NCBI GenBank assembly: GCA_030537525.1 | Contig: JAUNVU010000001.1 | Location: forward strand, 10,142 to 74,141 | Length of the DNA: 64,000 nt | Reading direction: 5' to 3' | DNA from: Eubacteriales bacterium | GTDB taxonomy: Bacteria; Bacillota; Clostridia; Saccharofermentanales; DTU023 | Shown: piece after piece, positions 20,655-28,425 of the stretch | Layout: each line of letters begins with the position of its first letter | Numbering within the stretch: position 1 is the stretch's first letter | The notes under the pieces: model-generated | What the model was told of the DNA's origin: nothing | Seen by the model: the letters and a program-made list of their open reading frames with translations, nothing else | Database searches by the model: none | Program-made: the position numbers and the translations under genes

Positions 20655-21752
20655 TTATGCAGTAACTTTTTTAGCCATGCGAGTTTGGATGTCGCGGAAA
20701 ATCATGAAACCGATCATGATGAAGCCGAGATAGCCGTTCATTCCATAGAGAACATTGACAAGTGCCTTGTACGGTACAAATAAGGCGACTAGGCAACCAA
20801 TAATGCCACCTACAACAGTCGCAATCTTGTATTTCTTAGAGCCCTCGGTAGCAATACGAGCAACTCCTGTCCAGAGTAGAGGAACGGCCGTAGTATAAAT
20901 TCCGCAGAAAACGATAATTGCGAAAATTTGACCGAGTACTGGACTGATCGAATTGGCAAGAACAAGGGCTGGAATATCAGCTACACCAGTGCTTGCAATT
21001 TGTGAAATTAAAGCAATGCAGCAGAGAGCGGCGGCACCGAAGATAAAGAAGCTCGACATGAACATGCCGCGGTTCACTTCTTTTAATTTATTTTTGGCTC
21101 CAATCTCAGCAAGGAAGGCTGCAAACCAAAGTACGACGAAGCCGCCATAAGATGCGCCTGAGAGGAAGGGATTACCATCGCCAACTTGTTCTGGTTGAAC
21201 TACCCCGTCCGCTAGTAAATCTAGGCCTTCCGAAAAGTGAGTGATATTTTGAATGGTGCTGGTTATAGAGACCACTAGAATGAGCAGAATGATTACGGGT
21301 CCAAGTTTGCTCAAAGCATTTAGGATGCCGTCAAGGCCGAATACTGCAGTAGCAATAACGGCAATGGTCAAGATAATAGCTCCTGTACCTTTTGGCAGGC
21401 CCCACTGCTCCATGGCGGTAGAATTAGCACCGCCGCACATAACTATAAAACACATGTAGCAGAAAAAGGCGGAGAAGTAGTCGAAAAATGCGCCAATATA
21501 TTTACCGCAGTAGTGGTAATAAATATCACCGCCTCGCTCTAGTTTGAGCCTGTTGCCGTTAGTGGCAAAGGAGAGATTGGTGTAGAGATAGATAACGGCA
21601 CAAACTAGGATGACTACTGGGAATAGTCTTCCGTATGAGGCTTGGTACTGCATGATCTCTTGCATGGTCGCGAAGCCTGCACCAATATAGAAGGCGATAC
21701 AAGCACCACAAATACCAATTATAGCTTTTAGATTTAAATTTTTTTCTTGCAT
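20655..21752 (-). CDS. YkvI-like membrane protein (putative amino-acid/small-solute permease)
   Basis: About 11 TM segments. The N-terminal FYIGAGFATMQEI resembles the GAGFATGxEI motif of B. subtilis YkvI. I moved the start to ATG 21752 (MQEKNL), which follows AAGGAG. Confidence 0.6.
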   Translation of the reverse strand: MQEKNLNLKAIIGICGACIAFYIGAGFATMQEIMQYQASYGRLFPVVILVCAVIYLYTNLSFATNGNRLKLERGGDIYYHYCGKYIGAFFDYFSAFFCYMCFIVMCGGANSTAMEQWGLPKGTGAIILTIAVIATAVFGLDGILNALSKLGPVIILLILVVSITSTIQNITHFSEGLDLLADGVVQPEQVGDGNPFLSGASYGGFVVLWFAAFLAEIGAKNKLKEVNRGMFMSSFFIFGAAALCCIALISQIASTGVADIPALVLANSISPVLGQIFAIIVFCGIYTTAVPLLWTGVARIATEGSKKYKIATVVGGIIGCLVALFVPYKALVNVLYGMNGYLGFIMIGFMIFRDIQTRMAKKVTA

Positions 21753-21780
21753 AGAAAACTCCTTACGTTCGGAATCTACC

Positions 21781-21805
21781 AAAAAGACCGGCTCAGCCGG
21801 TCTTC
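21781..21805 (-). terminator. Intrinsic terminator after grdB
   Basis: Stem AGACCGGC / GCCGGTCT (21785-21803). On the minus strand it is followed by TTTTT. Confidence 0.75.
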
Positions 21806-21827
21806 TTGGCAGTGAATCAGGAAAGAA

Positions 21828-23147
21828 TTAAAAATCTTCTTCGAATACTGTCTGTTCTTCAACGGGGATGGTCAGAGTCTTGAGTGCGCGTTTAACTAAC
21901 TGTTCGCGGATTTCTTTACTCTTCTTTTCGCCTTGAGTTGGATCTCCCAATGGATAGGGGATACCAATAGCGGGGACAATTCTGTTGGCGCCGATAGTCA
22001 GGGAGATAGGAACTACCGTACAGATGTGAGCTACTGGAATACCAGCACGATCGATTTCTTTAACCATAGATGCACCGCATCTAGTACAGGTGCCTCAGGT
22101 TGAGGTTAAAAGTACAGCATCAACGCCATCTTCTATAAGCATAGGAAGGTATTCTTCTGCAAAGCGCTTGGCATTGTTGGTAGCGGTACCAGTACCAGTT
22201 GTCGTGATAAAGTAGTCGACTAATTCGCCGATATAACCTTCTTTTTCCAATTCGCGAAGTACGTCAACTGGTATACAGAGATCTGGATCCTCAGTGATGA
22301 ACTCGCGATCATAACCACCGTGGATGGTCATGAAATCCTTCTTGTCGGCATGATCCATACCTGCAATTGAATACTTGCCCCACTTGGTAGCGGAAGAGGA
22401 CTCAATGTGGTCGGGGTTACCTTGTGGAACTACACCGCCAGAGGTGATAAGGGCGATCTTAGCCTTTGATAGATCCTTGATTGGTGGTGCTGCTGGAACG
22501 CGGTCGACCTTTGGCATTGGATAATCGGTATAGACTTCTTCGCCACGAATCTTCTTTAGGAGTAATTCAACAGCGCGTTCCGAGCCGCGACGCTCATTGA
22601 AGTAGTTGACGCGGATACCACGCTCGTGATAACCCTCTTCCTCTGGACCAAGAACTTCTTCGCCATTGATCTTCTTCTTGAGCAGATTGGCCATCAGTTT
22701 AGTACTGCGGCGCATATCTGCTGAGGATCCCTTGGTCTTGATGATCTCAATACTCTTCCTGAACATATCAGTACCAGGATTTTCTTCGAACATGCCTGTA
22801 ATTGCAGGGATGCCGAGCTCATCTTGAACGGCCACGGCAATTGTGCCGCAAGAGACACCGTAGCGCCCTGCGTTAAAGGCGGGGCCTGCGATGAAGCCAT
22901 CGGGTTCATAGGATTTAATAGTTTTTAGCAGTTCTTCGACTACGCCATTTTCGAGATTCGAAGAGAAGTAGTTGTCACCGCAGATTACGGTAGCAACAAT
23001 TTCATAGTCATCGCCAAGGGCGGCTTCAAGAGCTACACCAGGACCAACTACTCCTTCTTTTACTTCTGGGGCGATATCGGCCTTTTCTTCACCGCCAATA
23101 CCGGCAAAAAACTGGTTAATATAATGAACAATTTTTTTCTTAGACAT
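21828..23147 (-). CDS. grdB: Glycine/sarcosine/betaine reductase selenoprotein B (GrdB/GrdF/GrdH family), Sec at codon 351
   Basis: The two track ORFs (22095..23147 and 21828..22067) are in one frame, joined by TGA 22095-22097. Read-through gives ...AVLLTST-U-GTCTRCGASMVKEIDRAGIPV, the UxxCxxC motif of protein B selenoproteins. Total length is 439 aa. It sits directly downstream of grdE. Confidence 0.9.
22068..22082 (-). promoter_or_regulatory. SECIS-like hairpin for the grdB UGA
   Basis: On the mRNA, 12 nt after UGA, the sequence AGAUGC-GGU-GCAUCU forms a perfect 6-bp stem with a G-containing apical loop. Confidence 0.65.
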
Positions 23148-23183
23148 TGCTATTGCCTTCCTTTCTAAGCTAAATTAATCAAC

Positions 23184-24470
23184 TTAGTAGCCGCGGGCAC
23201 ACAGCTTGTTGAAGCCGTTGGCGATGGTTGAGGCTATGATGATCTGAATTTCTGCATCGAAGCTGCCATCATCATTCTTACAACCTACCCAGCCGCCGAT
23301 CTGCATCTCAATGGACTCGAGTGTGCCGATGACCTTATCCATGGCAGGGAAGTGGATGACGACGTTGCCGTTACCACAAGAAATCATGGTATCTGCTTCA
23401 TCTGCCAAGTCGGCTAGGGAGTAAGATTTGCCGTCACGACCAGGGAACTCGTCGGTAATAATTACTACCTTGATACCCTTCTGAGTGACCTTCTTGCAGT
23501 TCATCATTAAGTCGGTGTCGGGGTTACCGTAGCCCTCTTCAGTGATGATTACGCCATCAAGCCCCATAAATTCACAGAGTTTAGCCGTCATGTCGGAATG
23601 ACGCTCCTTGTCCATTAAGAAGACGTTTTCGTTGGTTAAGACGACGCCAACGAAGTTCAGACTCTTACCGTGTTCCTTGAAGAGGTCCTCAATGACGGGG
23701 TTGTGTAGATGGTGGTAAGTTGTGACCTTGTCACAAGGCGCAACACAGTTACCCGAGACTATGGCGCCATCGAAGATCTCAGTTGGATACATGATGGTAG
23801 GAACGAAGTCCTTGGCATCAACGCCGTAGTAGTAGGTGTCGTGGAGCAGACCTTGGGACTGCAGCATGTGGATGTAGCCAACTTTCGGCAGATCTGGATA
23901 CTGGGCGACCTGCTCAAGTAGAGGCTTAGTTTCATAAGTGATGGTTTCGTCTGGGGTCTGATCTTTCAGGGCCTTGGCTAAATAAGTAGCGGCCTTTAAG
24001 CCTGCCATACGGCCTGCGGTCTCGTATACGTGAGTTTCGAGATCATCTCTTGGCTCGATTACGACACAGACGTTGAGGGTCTTCGAGAAGGGGCAGTATT
24101 CAGCAGCTGGGCCGCTCATGTCGATGACACCTTCTTGGAAGCCGACGATTTTACCGACGGTGACTACGCAGACGCCATCCATGCAATAAGTGGTACCTGT
24201 ACCAACTTCTTGCACCTTGCCCATAATGCCTGGGAAGACGGTACCTGGACCGTCGACCTTTAGACGAGGCTCAATGACGTCCTTGACGGGGGTTATGCGG
24301 ACGCTCTCGCCTGGTTTGGCGAGCTCGATCCTGCAGTTGACGAGACGATCGTCAGTCAGGACCTCCGCAACTAGCTCTTCTTGGTTCACGTACAGGACAT
24401 GATCTTCAATCTTGGTCTCTGGACCGAGCTTAACGTCACGTACATGAATCTTTCCTAATTCGAGTTTCAT
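23184..24470 (-). CDS. grdE: Glycine/sarcosine/betaine reductase component B alpha/beta proprotein (GrdE/GrdG/GrdI family)
   Basis: 428 aa with the N-terminus MKLELGKIHVRDVKLG...VYVN. Asn241-Cys242 (IVSGN|CVAP) sits where I recall the self-cleaving, pyruvoyl-forming Cys of GrdE. It lies upstream of grdB. RBS is GGAGGTG. Confidence 0.85.
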   Translation of the reverse strand: MKLELGKIHVRDVKLGPETKIEDHVLYVNQEELVAEVLTDDRLVNCRIELAKPGESVRITPVKDVIEPRLKVDGPGTVFPGIMGKVQEVGTGTTYCMDGVCVVTVGKIVGFQEGVIDMSGPAAEYCPFSKTLNVCVVIEPRDDLETHVYETAGRMAGLKAATYLAKALKDQTPDETITYETKPLLEQVAQYPDLPKVGYIHMLQSQGLLHDTYYYGVDAKDFVPTIMYPTEIFDGAIVSGNCVAPCDKVTTYHHLHNPVIEDLFKEHGKSLNFVGVVLTNENVFLMDKERHSDMTAKLCEFMGLDGVIITEEGYGNPDTDLMMNCKKVTQKGIKVVIITDEFPGRDGKSYSLADLADEADTMISCGNGNVVIHFPAMDKVIGTLESIEMQIGGWVGCKNDDGSFDAEIQIIIASTIANGFNKLCARGY

Positions 24471-24516
24471 TTGCTCTTCACCTCCTGGTAAGCATAGATA
24501 ATGAAATCCTGAAGGA

Positions 24517-24921
24517 TTACATCAACTGTTTCAAAAGTGAGCGATTAATAGCTGAATCTAATACTGCGAGGTCGACTGTCTGGAAGTCTTCCAGAGTCTT
24601 TTCAGGCCAATTTGGCTTCTCAAAACCAGCAGTAAATTTGTGATAAGCGAAAATACTGCCCTCGATCAGTTCAAGATCGCGAACAGTATTAAATGAAGCT
24701 AATTCCTTAGCTAAGAGAATCGACTTATACGGGGTCTGCTTGGGCTTAAGATTACTGGCCTGTGGGTGTGTTACTAGATGCCATCCCCGATGGACAAGGT
24801 CTCGAGTTCAAGTCAAGACGTCGAGGAAGGTTTCTACGATTTCGACAGCAATTGCAGGGTGGTCTTGATAGGCGGAAATAGCCTTTGGGTTATTCGTCGT
24901 CAAAAGAAACTTCTTGGCCAT
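24517..24921 (-). CDS. grdX: GrdX-like protein with in-frame TGA at codon 38 (candidate Sec, or a disrupted gene)
   Basis: Not in the ORF track. ATG 24921 follows GGAGGG. Translation: MAKKFLLTTNNPKAISAYQDHPAIAVEIVETFLDVLT-TGA-TRDLVHRGWHLVTHPQASNLKPKQTPYKSILLAKEL...NRSLLKQLM, ending at TAA 24517. The position as first gene before grdE and the THP....KP..TPYKS pattern match my memory of GrdX. Confidence 0.6.
24781..24793 (-). promoter_or_regulatory. SECIS-like hairpin downstream of the grdX-like TGA
   Basis: On the mRNA, 14 nt after UGA (24808-24810), the sequence CCAUC-GGG-GAUGG forms a hairpin. It can be extended to UG(U)CCAUC/GAUGGCA with one bulged U. The spacing and G-rich triloop match the grdB hairpin. 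Confidence 0.45.
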
Positions 24922-25095
24922 TAGACACCCTCCTGTCAGCTTTGCTCAAAACGCTAAATAATTCAAATGTAGAATAATTAAGCGAAACTACAATTTAAGA
25001 TTAGCACAATGAACAGCTTAAAGTATTGAGAGTTTGTGACACCCCTTGTGAGAATGTCTCATATTCAGGTGAAAGCTTGTTAAATTTTCACAAGC

Positions 25096-26001
25096 CTACT
25101 CAAAGACTGCCTCTTTGTCGCGTCTAAATTTATCCTCTCTTAGAGTCTTTACACAAATCTCTATAAAGTGCTTGACAGCAGGGGCCTGCATGCTTTCTGG
25201 TGAAACTGCAATACCTAGTGTGATGCTGGCTTCAGGATATATTGGTAGGATTTTAAAGCGGTTAGTGCGACCTTTAGTTATCAGTTCATTGGCAATCATT
25301 ATACCAAGTCCCTCTTCTACCATTCCCATGGCTGAGTAATTTTCAAGCGTATGAAAAGTGAATGGGATCTGTATATTTGATCTTTGGAGCAAGTCTAAAA
25401 CGTCTAGGTCCTCACCATAGGCTGGCATGATAATAGACTCGCCTTTGAGTTCTTCTAGCCTTACCTCAGCTTGCTTGGCAAGTGGGTGATCTAGGGGGAC
25501 GGCAACAATCATGGGATCCTCTCTTAAGGGGATCCAGTTGTGAGTTATGCCCTTACGGAAACTATATAGGCCGACGTCAGCCCTATGCTCTTGCATATAA
25601 GCCTCTACCTCTTGCCAGACACCCTCAAATAGGTTGAGGCGAATCTGTGGATACAACTTATGATAGATACCTAGGACTTCGGGCAGCCATTGACTGGCAA
25701 TGCTGGAATAGGCGGCTATTCTGAGCGAGCCACAGGCCAGACCATTGATCTCACAGACAGTTTGGCGAAATTGCTCTGCGTGCCCAATGATCGTACGCAG
25801 CATAGGGATAATACGTTTGGCGTTGGGAGTTGGAATTACTCCAGTTTTCGAACGCTGTAGTAGGGGGAAACCGATTTCGTTTTCAAAGGAGCTCATCATA
25901 TGACTAATTCCAGATGGAGTATAGCCAAATACCTCAGCCGTTCTTGACAAACTGCCACAGTCCACCGCATATAAAAAGATCTCGGCTTTTAGCAAATTCA
26001 T
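25096..26001 (-). CDS. LysR family transcriptional regulator
   Basis: N-terminal wHTH (FLYAVDCGSLSRTAEVFGYTPSGISHMMSSFENEIGFPLLQR) plus a LysR substrate-binding domain. 301 aa. Confidence 0.88.
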   Translation of the reverse strand: MNLLKAEIFLYAVDCGSLSRTAEVFGYTPSGISHMMSSFENEIGFPLLQRSKTGVIPTPNAKRIIPMLRTIIGHAEQFRQTVCEINGLACGSLRIAAYSSIASQWLPEVLGIYHKLYPQIRLNLFEGVWQEVEAYMQEHRADVGLYSFRKGITHNWIPLREDPMIVAVPLDHPLAKQAEVRLEELKGESIIMPAYGEDLDVLDLLQRSNIQIPFTFHTLENYSAMGMVEEGLGIMIANELITKGRTNRFKILPIYPEASITLGIAVSPESMQAPAVKHFIEICVKTLREDKFRRDKEAVFE

Positions 26002-26003
26002 AA

Positions 26004-26840
26004 CTAACCCTCTTTCAGTATTCTATTTAGGAAGTAGGCAACCCCATCTTCGGCATTGCTCTTCGTATGATAGCGAGCCTCCTCTTTAAGCTTCGGGAAG
26101 GCGTTACCCATGGCGACTCCATAGGCAACTGTTGCAAGCATGGCACGATCATTATCTGCATCGCCGAAGGCTATGGCCTGTTCTGGGGTCAGTCCGAGTG
26201 TGGAGAGGACCTCTAAGATAGCATTGCCCTTATCACGGCCTTCAGGCAGAATTTCCAGACCGCCAAGACCGCCGTCTGTGACGGTAAAGGCAGTTAATTC
26301 TTCAAGCGCAACTTGGTAAAAATTTTCTACAGAGCCCTCTTTTTTGGGGTAGAAAATAATTTTTAAAATTTTCTCACAGGGCAAGTCTTGGAGATGAGAA
26401 ACTTTGACGGAACGCATGATGTCTTCGGGATAATTACCTACAGCGCTCGGAGCATTATAGCTATAGACTGTATCTAGTGTTTTCAGATAAATCTCGATAT
26501 CGACATCTTTAGCCAAGTCTAGGACCTGCCTGACATCCCTGGCTTCAAAAGGATAGGCGCGAGAAGTTTGTTCTTTGCGACCGAAGTCGATATGGGTTCC
26601 GACAAAAGAAATTATCCCGACTTCGGGTGCCAAGTCATCTCTAATAAGTTTGGCAAACTGATATGGTCTGCCCGTGACGATGAACACTTCTAGCCCAGCA
26701 TTGAGGCAGTTCAGAACTGCTTGCTTATTGGCTGCAGAAACTTGGCGCTCTGGGTTGAGTAAGGTTCCGTCTAGGTCCAAAGCGACGAAGCTAAGCTCGT
26801 TTTTCATTTTTCTTAAACTAGTCTGATCTAATTCTTGCAT
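26004..26840 (-). CDS. Cof-type HAD-IIB phosphatase
   Basis: Motif I FVALDLDGTLL, motif II IVTGRP and motif IV FGDADNDRAM are present. I chose ATG 26840 (GAGG 7 nt upstream) as the start. The track start at 26852 is possible. Confidence 0.8.
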   Translation of the reverse strand: MQELDQTSLRKMKNELSFVALDLDGTLLNPERQVSAANKQAVLNCLNAGLEVFIVTGRPYQFAKLIRDDLAPEVGIISFVGTHIDFGRKEQTSRAYPFEARDVRQVLDLAKDVDIEIYLKTLDTVYSYNAPSAVGNYPEDIMRSVKVSHLQDLPCEKILKIIFYPKKEGSVENFYQVALEELTAFTVTDGGLGGLEILPEGRDKGNAILEVLSTLGLTPEQAIAFGDADNDRAMLATVAYGVAMGNAFPKLKEEARYHTKSNAEDGVAYFLNRILKEG

Positions 26841-26891
26841 TTCAAGCCTCAAATCTTTTATTTATTTAACTATAACATTTAGAATATAGTC

Positions 26892-27458
26892 GTGATAGCA
26901 AGTAAGATATATGATGAACTGTGGCGAGTAGCGCCAATTAATTTAGCAGAGATACTGCTTCGCAGAGACGAACGCCAGTTCGAGCTTCAGAAATTACTGC
27001 TGGAAGGCAAGAATCTAGTTGTCTGCCTTGCTTTGAATATTCCAGGACCAGTTAAAAACAGTGCTTCTCTCAAGCGGTTTTTCAATGCTGAAAGTACGGC
27101 TCTTCAAACAGAGCTCATGAATAGCGGACATGGTTTAGAGTTCAGTTCTAGGCTTGAACTCAAGACTGGCCCTGAAGCTTATATGAGCATTGAACCTGTG
27201 GATAATTTTGAAAAAATAGAGCAATTGAAGAAAAAGTTAATTGCCTTCGAAGAGGCAAAAGCCTGGCGGAGGCTCTTAGATATCGATTTAGTTTATAATG
27301 GCAAGTACCTAGGTCGGGAAGTCTATGGCCTAGAGCCGAGATCTTGTCTGATCTGTGCAAGAGCAGCAAGAGATTGCGCGAGAAGCAGGCGTCATGAATT
27401 GACAGATCTTCTGTTAGAGATAGCTAAACTAATAGCAATGAGTGGTATAGGTGATTAA
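26892..27458 (+). CDS. citX: Holo-ACP synthase CitX (apo-citrate-lyase phosphoribosyl-dephospho-CoA transferase)
   Basis: LAEILLRRDERQ...LALNIPGPVKNS...LLDIDL...SCLICARAARDCARSRRHELTDLL parallels E. coli CitX ([38 protein letters not shown]). It has a GTG start and no obvious RBS. Confidence 0.75.
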   Translation: MIASKIYDELWRVAPINLAEILLRRDERQFELQKLLLEGKNLVVCLALNIPGPVKNSASLKRFFNAESTALQTELMNSGHGLEFSSRLELKTGPEAYMSIEPVDNFEKIEQLKKKLIAFEEAKAWRRLLDIDLVYNGKYLGREVYGLEPRSCLICARAARDCARSRRHELTDLLLEIAKLIAMSGIGD

Positions 27459-28424
27459 GTGGAAGCAATTAGTTTGAAGAAAATTATTGAGGAATTTGAC
27501 TTGAAGATCTGGGCTGGCGAGAAGGCCATAGAAAACAAGCAAATTCACTCTTTGGAAGTCATGCGTCCTGGGCTACAGATAGCTGGACACTATGCCCATT
27601 TTGTGCCAGAACGTGTGCAAGTAATTGGCAATATGGAGTGGGCTTTTTTACAAAAACTATCTGCTAAAGAACGCTATAAAGCACTTGAAAAACTGATGTC
27701 TTGTTCGATACCCTGCTTGATCCTAGCGAGGAGCTATAAACCAGATTCTGACTTCATAGAACTTGCTGAATCCTTGAAGGTACCATTGCTTGGTTCCGAC
27801 TTAGCAACTAGCCTATTGATCTCCAAGCTATTTGAGATACTGGCCGATAAGCTTGCACCTCGTACCTCTTTGCATGCCGTACTTGTCGAAGTATACGGTG
27901 AGGGCATACTCATACTCGGGGATTCGGGTGTCGGCAAGTCTGAGACGGCATTGGAGATTGTGAAGCGTGGCCACCGTTTAATAGCAGACGACTTGGTAGA
28001 AGTCAGGCGGCTAGCAGATGGTAGCTTGATCGGCAGAGCGCCTGATGTAATCAGACATTTGATTGAAATTCGCGGTCTCGGTATCTTGGATATTAAAGAG
28101 ATTTACGGCGTATCCTCGGTGAAACCAGAAGAACAAATACACTGCGTGATCAAACTTGAACTCTGGGATGAAGAGAAAGAGTATGATCGCTCAGGACTAG
28201 AAGAAGAAGTGCATGAAATTCTCGGCGTCAAAGTACCTGCGATCACTATACCAGTGAGACCAGGGCGTAACTTAGCTGTTATAGTAGAGGTTGCTGCAAT
28301 TAATTTCCGCCAAAAGAAGATGGGTTATAATGCCGCGCTAGAGCTGGCTAAGCGCCTGTCATTAACTGGCCGAGACCAGGTGGTTCTCGAGGCAAAATCT
28401 GATTATCAAAATGAGGGTCAATAA
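27459..28424 (+). CDS. hprK: HPr kinase/phosphorylase
   Basis: Walker A GDSGVGKSETALE and the signature GHRLIADDLVEV...IEIRGLGILDI are present. 321 aa. The GTG start lies directly after the citX stop. Confidence 0.9.
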   Translation: MEAISLKKIIEEFDLKIWAGEKAIENKQIHSLEVMRPGLQIAGHYAHFVPERVQVIGNMEWAFLQKLSAKERYKALEKLMSCSIPCLILARSYKPDSDFIELAESLKVPLLGSDLATSLLISKLFEILADKLAPRTSLHAVLVEVYGEGILILGDSGVGKSETALEIVKRGHRLIADDLVEVRRLADGSLIGRAPDVIRHLIEIRGLGILDIKEIYGVSSVKPEEQIHCVIKLELWDEEKEYDRSGLEEEVHEILGVKVPAITIPVRPGRNLAVIVEVAAINFRQKKMGYNAALELAKRLSLTGRDQVVLEAKSDYQNEGQ

Positions 28425-28425
28425 G

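Noticed and set aside
24922-25095. Glycine riboswitch or other known riboswitch upstream of the grd module
   Set aside because: The leader is AT-rich. It shows only a weak 6-bp hairpin (GCTTGT...ACAAGC) after the LysR gene. I could not find the conserved glycine-aptamer core elements or a convincing promoter by eye.
18000-26000. Genomic island or mobile element carrying the grd module
   Set aside because: I saw no integrase, transposase, tRNA attachment site or flanking direct repeats. The accessory character rests only on gene content and the pseudogene, so I do not call a mobile element.
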